Shown here: piece by piece, positions 27,295-34,845 of the stretch
Layout: each line of letters begins with the position of its first letter
Position numbering within the stretch: position 1 is the first letter of the stretch
Assembly (NCBI GenBank): GCA_049323295.1
Contig: JBMOON010000040.1
Location: 79,074-143,073, forward strand
Origin: Pseudomonadota bacterium
GTDB lineage: Bacteria; Pseudomonadota; Gammaproteobacteria; Pseudomonadales; JADFDG01
Length of the DNA stretch: 64,000 nucleotides
Reading direction: 5' to 3'
Program-made: the position numbers and the translations under genes
The notes under the pieces: generated by a model
Told to the model about the DNA's origin: nothing
What the model saw: only the letters and a program-made list of their open reading frames with translations
The model's database searches: none

Positions 27295-27741
27295 GTTGCC
27301 GAAGACTTGTTCGATGTCCGGGGCAGTCAGCCACTGCTCCAGCATGCGCTGCAGTTGCGCCAGCCGAATGGGTTTGGAGAGGTAATTGTCCATGCCGGCC
27401 AGCAGGCAGCGTTCGGCCTCGCCGCGCATGGCGTTGGCGGTGATCGCGACGATGGGCAGGCGTGCTTGCACGCCATTGCGGCTTTCGTCGTTGCGCAGCG
27501 CCTGCGTCAATGTTAAGCCGTCCATTTCCGGCATGTAGCAGTCACACAGCAGCAGATCGAAGGAGCGTTGACGAAGCAGCTCGAGAGCAACGCGGCCGTT
27601 CTCAGCAACCGTGCAGGCATGGCCGAGATGCTGCAGTTGCCGGCACAGGATTTCCTGGCTCACCGGATTGTCCTCGGCCACGAGGATCCGGTAGCGGGAT
27701 GCCGACGATCGCTTGCGGCCGCTGAGCCGGGCGACTTGCAC
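27295..27741 (-). pseudogene. orphan response-regulator receiver (REC) domain ORF with no nearby start context and no in-frame stop
   Basis: An intact-looking REC: RILVAEDNP..., DLLLCDCYMPEMDG, PIVAITANA, YLSKP. The only candidate starts are GTG/CTG without a Shine-Dalgarno (for example GTG 27741). The frame stays open to 26359, antisense through the whole crotonase gene. Confidence 0.5.
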
Positions 27742-27827
27742 GTGGGCGGGCGCGCGACCGACGGCCGTTTGCACGGCTCGCAGCTGTCGGGTTTTGCCCG
27801 GGGCTGCCGATGAGCGGCCGTGCCGGC

Positions 27828-28442
27828 TCAGGGATTCCCGCGCATGCCCTGTTCGATGCTGCTGGTGATCAGCGTTGCCAGCGCATCGACGAACTGTTCG
27901 AAGGTGATGCGCGGGTTCGGCGTGCTGAGGAAGCGGATCATCGCGAACACGCCGCCGTTGATCAGGAACCAGGCCACGCCGGCGATGTTCGGCAGCCGGG
28001 CGAGTTCGGGGTAACGCAGCAGGTACTGCATCACCAGATCCATCAGCGCGCTTTCCAGCCGGTTCATTTCCTGCGCGCCGAAATCGAATTGCATGGCGTA
28101 GCGGATGTAGGCCAGGTAACGGCCGTCGCCGCGCTGCACCCATTCGCGGAAGCGGTTGAGCAGCAGGGTCACGCCGGTGCGTACGTCGCTGTCGAGCATG
28201 AGCGGTGTCATGTCGCGCAGGAACACGATCAGTTCCGACACCACGCGCTGTTGCATCGCGGTGTAGATCGCCTCCTTGTCCGGGAAGTACTGGTACAGCG
28301 AGCCGACGCTGATGCCGGCGATGTCGGCGATGTGCCGGGTGGTGGTGCCCTCCAGCCCGTGCCGGGCCAGCGACACGAAGCCGGCCTCGACGATGGCGTC
28401 GACCATGGTCTGCGAGCGCTGCTGGCGGGGTTGCTTGCGCAT
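27828..28442 (-). CDS. TetR/AcrR-family transcriptional regulator
   Basis: HTH TTRHIADIAGISVGSLYQYFPDKEAI. ATG 28442 is preferred over the track TTG 28484, which lies inside the palindromic operator. Confidence 0.85.
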   Translation of the reverse strand: MRKQPRQQRSQTMVDAIVEAGFVSLARHGLEGTTTRHIADIAGISVGSLYQYFPDKEAIYTAMQQRVVSELIVFLRDMTPLMLDSDVRTGVTLLLNRFREWVQRGDGRYLAYIRYAMQFDFGAQEMNRLESALMDLVMQYLLRYPELARLPNIAGVAWFLINGGVFAMIRFLSTPNPRITFEQFVDALATLITSSIEQGMRGNP

Positions 28443-28473
28443 GGGGTCCGGTCCGGGGGCAGGATGCGAATTG

Positions 28474-28495
28474 AACGCGAACAATTGTTCGCGTT
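28474..28495. promoter_or_regulatory. perfect 22-bp palindrome, candidate TetR operator
   Basis: AACGCGAACAATTGTTCGCGTT equals its own reverse complement. Located between the divergent TetR gene and the PF10118-SDR-diiron-BVMO-SRPBCC operon. Confidence 0.6.
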
Positions 28496-28570
28496 AGTGT
28501 GACCGCGGAGTCGGGCCCGGGCAAGGGCCCGCCGCACCCGGATCACCCCGCAGTCCCGAGGAGCCCGTCG

Positions 28571-29464
28571 ATGCAAGCCGAAACCGTTGTCCGTCCCCGC
28601 CGTCTGGCCGGTGCCGCCGTCGGCATCCCGCCCCGCCAGATGGACTTCCGCCTGCCCACCGAAGCCCCGCGCTACTTCTACGACGACAACGCCACGGCCA
28701 CGCTGTTCTTTGCCGTGCTGTCGTCCTGGTTTCCGCCGGGCGAACGCTTTTTCATGGAATCGGTGCGGCATTTCCGCGACCGCATCACCGACGAAAAACT
28801 GAAGGCCGAGGTGTCCGGCTTCATGGGGCAGGAGGCCATCCATGGCCGCGAACACGAGCGGCTGAACGAATTGCTGGAAGAGCGGGGGATCAATCTGGGT
28901 GTGCCCGTCGCGTTGCTGAAGATTGGCCTGGGCGCTCTGGAACGATTGCCGCCGTCCACGCAACTGGCGGCCACCACCTTCATGGAGCATTTCACCGCGC
29001 TGCTCGCCGAGCAGTTGCTCACCGACGAGCATTTTCGCGGCAACGCCCATCCGGAAATGATCAAGCTGTGGCAATGGCATGCGCTGGAAGAACTCGAACA
29101 CAAGGCGGTGGCCTACGATGTGTACGAGCTGGCCGGCAACAGCCGGAGCGAGCGGATTGCCGCCGGAGCCGCGGTGGTCGCCGCGCTGGGGCCGGCCGTT
29201 TTCGCCAGCTGGGCCTGGCTGGTGCTGCGCGAAGGAAAGGCGACCGATCTGAAAGACGTACGCAAGGGTCTGCGTCTGCTGCTGGGGCGCGGCGGCTTCG
29301 TCAGCCGCATCCTGCCGAAGATGTCGCTGTTCTGGCGGCCCGACTACCACCCGCGCAAGCACAAGACGAAGGAACTGGAAGCGCAGTGGCGCGAAATCAT
29401 GTTCGGCGTCGACGGCACCCTGAATGGCGAGCTGCGCAACCGGGAAGCGGTGAGTATTCAATAA
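28571..29464 (+). CDS. PF10118-type 'predicted metal-dependent hydrolase', paralog 2
   Basis: ATG 28571 with GAGGA 9 nt upstream. Blocks FPPGERFFMESVRHF, FMGQEAIHGREHERL and WHALEELEHKAVAYDVY. Confidence 0.8.
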   Translation: MQAETVVRPRRLAGAAVGIPPRQMDFRLPTEAPRYFYDDNATATLFFAVLSSWFPPGERFFMESVRHFRDRITDEKLKAEVSGFMGQEAIHGREHERLNELLEERGINLGVPVALLKIGLGALERLPPSTQLAATTFMEHFTALLAEQLLTDEHFRGNAHPEMIKLWQWHALEELEHKAVAYDVYELAGNSRSERIAAGAAVVAALGPAVFASWAWLVLREGKATDLKDVRKGLRLLLGRGGFVSRILPKMSLFWRPDYHPRKHKTKELEAQWREIMFGVDGTLNGELRNREAVSIQ

Positions 29465-29492
29465 ACCGCAACACTGCCCGGGAGCGTCGCAC

Positions 29493-30323
29493 ATGTTCGG
29501 GAAAAAACCCTCGAAGAACGCCCATGCCGTCGTCACCGGTGCCGGCAGCGGCATCGGCCGTGCCTTTGCCCTGGAGATCGCCCGTCGCGGCGGGCGCGTG
29601 GTCTGCGCCGACATCAACCGGCAGACCGCGGAGGAAACCGTGGCGCAGATCGTCGCCGCGGGCGGCGAGGCGAAGGCCGTGGCCTGCGACGTCGCCGGCC
29701 TGGCGGCGGTCGAGCGGCTTGCCGCCGATGCCGAACGCTGGCTGGGAAAACCGGTCGATCTGGTGATCAACAACGCGGGCGTCGGTGTCGGCGGCAAACC
29801 GGTCGGCGACATTCCCATGGACGACTGGCAGTGGGTGATGGGCATCAACCTGTGGGGCGTGATCCACGGCTGCCACGTGTTCGTGCCGAAACTGCGTGCG
29901 CTCGGCCGCGGCGGCATCGTCAACGTGGCGTCGAGCGCGAGTTTCGGCGCCGCGCCGAGCATGGGTCCGTACAACGTCACCAAGGCCGGCGTGCTGGCGC
30001 TGTCGGAAACGCTGGCGGCAGAGCTGTCCGGCAGCGGCGTGAAGATTTCGGTGCTGTGCCCGACTTTCGTGCATACCAACATCGCCCGCGATGCGCGGGT
30101 CGGCGATTCGAAGATCAACGATTTCGCGCAGAAGCTCATGGACCGCACCGGCATTCCGCCGGAGCGCGTGGCGAAGGTCACGCTCGATGCGCTGGACCGC
30201 GGCAGGCTGCACGTGCTGCCGCAGTTCGATGCCCGCATGCTGTGGCGCGCCAAGCGGCTGGCGCCGGCCACCTACACCCGGGGCATGGGGCTGCTCAGCC
30301 GCTTTACGCGCGACCTGCTCTGA
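29493..30323 (+). CDS. short-chain dehydrogenase/reductase (SDR)
   Basis: TGAGSGIGRA cofactor motif, NNAG, catalytic S...YNVTK. Confidence 0.9.
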   Translation: MFGKKPSKNAHAVVTGAGSGIGRAFALEIARRGGRVVCADINRQTAEETVAQIVAAGGEAKAVACDVAGLAAVERLAADAERWLGKPVDLVINNAGVGVGGKPVGDIPMDDWQWVMGINLWGVIHGCHVFVPKLRALGRGGIVNVASSASFGAAPSMGPYNVTKAGVLALSETLAAELSGSGVKISVLCPTFVHTNIARDARVGDSKINDFAQKLMDRTGIPPERVAKVTLDALDRGRLHVLPQFDARMLWRAKRLAPATYTRGMGLLSRFTRDLL

Positions 30324-30351
30324 AGTTCGTCCACTTCGCGGAGAATCCGTC

Positions 30352-31278
30352 ATGGCAACCATCGACCTCGACCAGATGCTGGTGAAAATCCGCGGCAGCC
30401 AGTGGGCGCTCGCCGATTTCGACTGGGATGCACCGGGCGCCGAGCTCATCACGCCCGAGCAGTTCCCGAAGCTGAAGGCCTTCATGGCCGACCTGATGTG
30501 GATCGAGCACGTCGGCGCACGCGGCTTCGCCGCCATGGTGAAAAAGGCGCCGGATGACACGCTGAAGGAGATCTACCGGTATTTCCATGCCGAGGAGCAG
30601 CGGCACGCCAACGCCGAGCTGGCGCTGATGCGGCGCTGGGGCATGCTCGACGGCGACGAACTGCCGGAGCCGAACGTCAACCTGCGTTTCGTCATCGAAT
30701 GGCTGGACCGCTACAGCGACGACATGCCGCTGGAGGCGCTGAGCTCGGTGATTCCGATGCTGGAGGTGGCGCTGGACGGCGCACTCTGCAAGTTCCTGCT
30801 GGAGACGGTCGACGATCCGGTGTGCCACGCCGTTTTCGCGAAGATCAACGAGGACGAATCGCGCCATCTGGGCGTCGGTTTCCACACACTGGAGATGCAG
30901 GGCCACGGGCCGATGTACCGGTTGCTGCTGCAGTGGGCCGGCACCACGCTGGACCCGCGGCTCATCCTCGGCATCCTCGCCTATTTCCCGCTGCTGAACC
31001 GTATGCGCGACAACCTGGTCCGCCTCGGCCTGCCGGAAGAAAAACTGTACGGTGCGATGAAGAAATTCGAGAAGATCGGCGGCCGTACGGAACAGGGCCG
31101 GCGCAATCCCTGGTACCAGGTGCTCTCCCGCCACGGCAAGGTGATGGTCGACCGTCGCAACCGCTGGTACCACGCACCGGTCGACGCGCTGGTTGCGGCC
31201 AGCGACTACGTGCCGGCCTGGGCGTTGCCGGCGGTACCGACCTGGGTGAAGGCGGTCACCTGGAAACCGGAGGCCTGA
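30352..31278 (+). CDS. ferritin-like di-iron carboxylate protein (AurF-like oxygenase superfamily)
   Basis: Trimmed to ATG 30352. Two ExxH motifs in helices (FHAEEQRHANAE and INEDESRHLGVG), plus additional E/H ligand candidates. Confidence 0.7.
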   Translation: MATIDLDQMLVKIRGSQWALADFDWDAPGAELITPEQFPKLKAFMADLMWIEHVGARGFAAMVKKAPDDTLKEIYRYFHAEEQRHANAELALMRRWGMLDGDELPEPNVNLRFVIEWLDRYSDDMPLEALSSVIPMLEVALDGALCKFLLETVDDPVCHAVFAKINEDESRHLGVGFHTLEMQGHGPMYRLLLQWAGTTLDPRLILGILAYFPLLNRMRDNLVRLGLPEEKLYGAMKKFEKIGGRTEQGRRNPWYQVLSRHGKVMVDRRNRWYHAPVDALVAASDYVPAWALPAVPTWVKAVTWKPEA

Positions 31279-31280
31279 CC

Positions 31281-32741
31281 GTGGACAAACCGGTCTCCGT
31301 GTTGATCGTCGGCGCCGGCTTTGCCGGTCTCGGCGCCGCCATCCGCCTGCTGGAAAACGGTATCGACGACATCGTCATCCTCGAGCGGGCCGGGCGTGCC
31401 GGCGGGACCTGGCGCGACAACACCTATCCGGGCGCCGCCTGCGACATACCGTCGAATCTCTATTCGTTTTCCTTTGCGCCCAATCCGCACTGGTCGCGCG
31501 GCTACTCCGGCAGCGGGGAGATCCTCGGCTACATCGACAATCTGGTCGAACGCTGGCGGCTGAACCGTTTCATCCGTTACGGACAGAACGTCAACGGTCT
31601 GGCATTCGATGAGGCGCAGGGCATGTGGCAGGTGACCACGGATGCCGGCATCCGGCGGGCGCGGACCGTGATCATGGCCAGCGGTCCGCTGTCGAATTTC
31701 AGTTTCCCGGACATGCCCGGCATCGACACGTATGAAGGCCACCGGATCCACAGTGCGCGCTGGGACCACGACTACGATTTCCGCGGCAAGCGGGTGGCGG
31801 TGATCGGCACCGGCGCCAGTGCGGTGCAGATCGTGCCGGAACTGGTGAAACAGGCAGCTCGCCTGAAGGTGTTCCAGCGCACGCCGGGCTGGGTCCTGCC
31901 GCGCTTCGACTACGCCACCGCGGACTGGAACCGCAGCCTGTTCGGGCGTTTTCCCGGCGCCCAGCAGGCGGTCCGCGATGCGCTGTACTGGGGTCACGAA
32001 ACCATGGCGCTCGGCGTGGTGTGGACGACACCGGTGACGCGCGTGATCGAGCAGGCGGCGCGCCTCTATCTGCGGCGCACGGTGCAGGATCCGTGGCTGC
32101 GCCGGCAACTGACACCGGATTTCCGCATCGGCTGCAAACGCATCCTGATGACCAGCGACTGGTACCCGGCGTTGCAGCAGCCGAACTGCGAACTGGTCAC
32201 CTGGCCGATCGCCACGCTATCGCCGAAAGGCATACGCACGGCCGAAGGCATCGAGCATGCGGTCGACTGCATCGTGTTCGCCACCGGTTTCGACGTGGCG
32301 AAAGCCGGCACGCCATTCCCGGTATCCGGGCTCGGCGGTCGTTCGCTGGGCGCGGAGTGGGCGCGCGGCGTGCAGGCCTACAAGAGCGTCAGCGTCTCCG
32401 GTTATCCCAACCTGTTCCTCACCTGCGGCCCGAACTCGGGCCCGGGCCACAATTCGCTGCTGGTCTATCTGGAAGCGCAGCTGGAGTACATCGTGCAGGG
32501 CGTGCGGCACGTGCTGCAGGGCCCGGTGAAATACCTCGATGTCGATCCCGGACGGCAGCAGTCCTTCAACGCAACCATCCAGCGCCGCCTGCGCGGCACC
32601 AACTGGAACACCGGTTGCCGCAGCTGGTATCTCACCGAGGACGGCTTCAATCCGACCATGTATCCCGGTTTCGCCACCCAGTTCCGCCGCCAGATGCGCG
32701 TGTTCGAGCCGGCGGACTACAACGCGGCGCCTGCGGGGTGA
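31281..32741 (+). CDS. Baeyer-Villiger-type flavin monooxygenase
   Basis: GTG 31281, 2 nt after the previous stop. GAGFAGLG FAD motif, GGTWRDNTYPGAACDIPS, fingerprint YEGHRIHSARWD, and GTGASAVQ NADPH motif. Confidence 0.9.
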   Translation: MDKPVSVLIVGAGFAGLGAAIRLLENGIDDIVILERAGRAGGTWRDNTYPGAACDIPSNLYSFSFAPNPHWSRGYSGSGEILGYIDNLVERWRLNRFIRYGQNVNGLAFDEAQGMWQVTTDAGIRRARTVIMASGPLSNFSFPDMPGIDTYEGHRIHSARWDHDYDFRGKRVAVIGTGASAVQIVPELVKQAARLKVFQRTPGWVLPRFDYATADWNRSLFGRFPGAQQAVRDALYWGHETMALGVVWTTPVTRVIEQAARLYLRRTVQDPWLRRQLTPDFRIGCKRILMTSDWYPALQQPNCELVTWPIATLSPKGIRTAEGIEHAVDCIVFATGFDVAKAGTPFPVSGLGGRSLGAEWARGVQAYKSVSVSGYPNLFLTCGPNSGPGHNSLLVYLEAQLEYIVQGVRHVLQGPVKYLDVDPGRQQSFNATIQRRLRGTNWNTGCRSWYLTEDGFNPTMYPGFATQFRRQMRVFEPADYNAAPAG

Positions 32742-32802
32742 CCCGCACGGCGGCCCCGACTATGATGCGGGTCCCGCCAGCGCCACTACCGAGGACAGCC
32801 GC

Positions 32803-33216
32803 ATGGGCCAGCACCGCATCGAGGTACTCCAGGAATTCCAGAAGCCGGTCGAGGAGGTCTTCTCTTACCTCGCCGACCACAACAACCTGTCGAAGGTGTT
32901 CGGCATTCCGGTCAAGCGCATCAAGGACGGCGACGACGACGTCAACGGCGTCGGTTCGGTACGTGCGCTGGGTTTCGCGCCGCTGGCTACCGAAGAGACG
33001 GTGGTCGATCTGGTGCCCAACCAGTCGATCGACTACGTGATCACGAAGAACGGCGGCCCGATCATGAACCACCATGGCCGGCTGGTCTTCTCGAAGACCG
33101 CGCGCGGCTCGCGCGTCGAGTGGATCATCACTTTCGAATCGCTGCCGGTGGTCGGTACGGCGGTGGCCAAGGTGCTGGAACTCGGCGTTTCGCGCGGACT
33201 GAAGAAGCTGGCCTGA
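32803..33216 (+). CDS. SRPBCC (polyketide cyclase/dehydrase, lipid-binding) family protein
   Basis: Trimmed to ATG 32803 (GAGGA upstream). 137 aa with the typical SRPBCC length and pattern (…VFSYLADHNNLSKVF… …SRVEWIITFES…). Confidence 0.75.
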   Translation: MGQHRIEVLQEFQKPVEEVFSYLADHNNLSKVFGIPVKRIKDGDDDVNGVGSVRALGFAPLATEETVVDLVPNQSIDYVITKNGGPIMNHHGRLVFSKTARGSRVEWIITFESLPVVGTAVAKVLELGVSRGLKKLA

Positions 33217-33229
33217 AGCCGGCAGCAAC

Positions 33230-33258
33230 AAAAAAGCCCGGCATGGCCGGGCTTTTTT
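33230..33258. terminator. bidirectional intrinsic terminator
   Basis: aaaaaagcccggc-atg-gccgggctttttt between convergent genes. Near-identical in design to the terminator at 19234-19261. Confidence 0.75.
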
Positions 33259-33282
33259 GTGCGCGGCATTCCGCGCGGCGGT

Positions 33283-34197
33283 TCAGGCGGCGGCCTTCCG
33301 CACTACGCCGGGCGAGCGGGCCAGGTAGGCGAGCGCGGTGAAGGTATCCGCTTCGTGTGCCGGGTTGTACCAGGGCATGAGATAGCGCAGCTCGTCCACC
33401 AGCAGCGAGCCGAGACCGGGAATGCGCTTTTTCTTTGCCGAGCGCTGCCACTCGCGCCAGAACCAGAGACCGAACAGCGACGGCTTGTGCGGTGCCAGCG
33501 CCGGGTCCTGCTTCATCAGGTGCACGGCGGCGGTGGCCTGCAGGCCCAGCACCAGCGGTGTCGAGAGCAGCATCAGGTAGTAGCGGGTGGGATAGGTTCC
33601 GCCGAGATGCCGGTACAGGTCGAAGGCCACGCTGCGGTGTTCCACTTCCTCCGCGCCGTGCCAGCGCAGCAGGTCGGTCATCATCGCGTCGGCGCCGCGA
33701 GCCTCCCAGTCCTCGTTTTCCAGCATGTACTTGCCGACCACGCAGGTGAAATGTTCGGCGGCTGCCACCACGCCGACCTGGAAGATCAGCCACTGTTTCT
33801 GCAGCGGTTCCGGGATCGGCAGCGAGAAGAAGCGATGGTGACCGGCCCACTCCAGGACCTTGTTGACCTGTTCGAGGTAGTCGCGCACCAGCACGCCGTG
33901 GGCGGCCAGGTATTTTTCGGCGGCGCCGTCGTGGGCCCGGGCATGCATCGCTTCCTGGCGGATGAAGCCCTGCACGTCGGCGCGCAGCTTGTCGTCGGTG
34001 ATGTACGGCAGCGCCTGGTTGAAGATGCGGCAGAACGCGAACTCGCCCACCGGCAGCATCAGGTGGAACGCATTCCACATGTGGCTTTCATAGGGTTGTC
34101 CGGGGATCCAGTGCAGCGGTGTCTGCGACCAGTCGAAGGCCACCTTGCGGGGCGTGATGTCGTGTGTGGATGTCGAGGCGCGGTTTTTCTTCGTCAT
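33283..34197 (-). CDS. PF10118-type 'predicted metal-dependent hydrolase', paralog 3
   Basis: Trimmed to ATG 34197 (MTKKNRAST...). Blocks LPVGEFAFCRIF, FIRQEAMHARAHDGA and WHGAEEVEHRSVAFDLY. Confidence 0.8.
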   Translation of the reverse strand: MTKKNRASTSTHDITPRKVAFDWSQTPLHWIPGQPYESHMWNAFHLMLPVGEFAFCRIFNQALPYITDDKLRADVQGFIRQEAMHARAHDGAAEKYLAAHGVLVRDYLEQVNKVLEWAGHHRFFSLPIPEPLQKQWLIFQVGVVAAAEHFTCVVGKYMLENEDWEARGADAMMTDLLRWHGAEEVEHRSVAFDLYRHLGGTYPTRYYLMLLSTPLVLGLQATAAVHLMKQDPALAPHKPSLFGLWFWREWQRSAKKKRIPGLGSLLVDELRYLMPWYNPAHEADTFTALAYLARSPGVVRKAAA

Positions 34198-34371
34198 GGG
34201 CAATCCGGCGGATACGGCAATGTGCGGATGCAGGTTAGGGACGGTTGCCGGCATGGTTAATGTCCGGACATTCCATTCGCTTGGCATTTCGGGTCAGCGC
34301 GGCCCGGTTACGTTGTCGCTACCGACGACGTGCCGCCGGGACTGGAATACTGCGGTAACGGGAGAGCGTTG

Positions 34372-34833
34372 ATGCGGGAGACGGGCATGTGGTGTCGGGT
34401 GTGGCCGGTGGCACTGGCCTGCGGATTGTCGGCAGCCGCGCCGGCGGCAGAGCCGGTCCCGGCCGCGCCGGCCGTTCCGCCGGCCGAAGCCGTGGCCGCG
34501 CAGGAACGTGACGCCGAGCGGCTGATGCAGGCCTGGAGTACCCGCAACCTGGCGCCGGTGCTGATCGATCACTGCGCGCGGAAATTTCCCGACAAGGCTG
34601 AAGCCTATCGCCGGGCACTGGCCGACTGGCTGGCAGCCAATGCCGGGGACGCCGAGCAGGGCCGGCAGATCTATGCCGTCGTGGTGGCCGCCAAGGCGCC
34701 GGGCAACGATCCGGATGCCGTGCTGGCGGAATCGATCGGCAGCATCATGGCCCGCTTTGCCGTCAACGGACCGGAGAAACAGCTGCAGCAGTGCGACAGC
34801 GCCTACCTGACGTTGATGATCGGCAGCGACTGA
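34372..34833 (+). CDS. hypothetical exported protein
   Basis: ATG 34372 with GGAGAG 5 nt upstream. Signal-like MWCRVWPVALACGLSAAAPAAEP. Pro/Ala linker followed by a helical domain with two Cys. I do not recognise a family. Confidence 0.55.
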   Translation: MRETGMWCRVWPVALACGLSAAAPAAEPVPAAPAVPPAEAVAAQERDAERLMQAWSTRNLAPVLIDHCARKFPDKAEAYRRALADWLAANAGDAEQGRQIYAVVVAAKAPGNDPDAVLAESIGSIMARFAVNGPEKQLQQCDSAYLTLMIGSD

Positions 34834-34845
34834 TCCGCCGGCCGT

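Noticed and set aside
26359-28524. 721-aa minus-strand ORF suggesting a large multidomain regulator
   Set aside because: It is a concatenation of three things: an alternative frame of the TetR gene, the genuine REC segment, and the antisense of the crotonase gene. Only the REC part (27295-27741) is meaningful, and it is reported separately.
19234-33258. Two near-identical AAAAAGCCCGGC-N3/4-GCCGGGCTTTTT hairpins as a repeat family or insertion scars
   Set aside because: Both sit exactly between convergent genes and have the anatomy of bidirectional intrinsic terminators. Their similarity is explained by the simple GC-clamp plus A/T-run design rather than by mobility.
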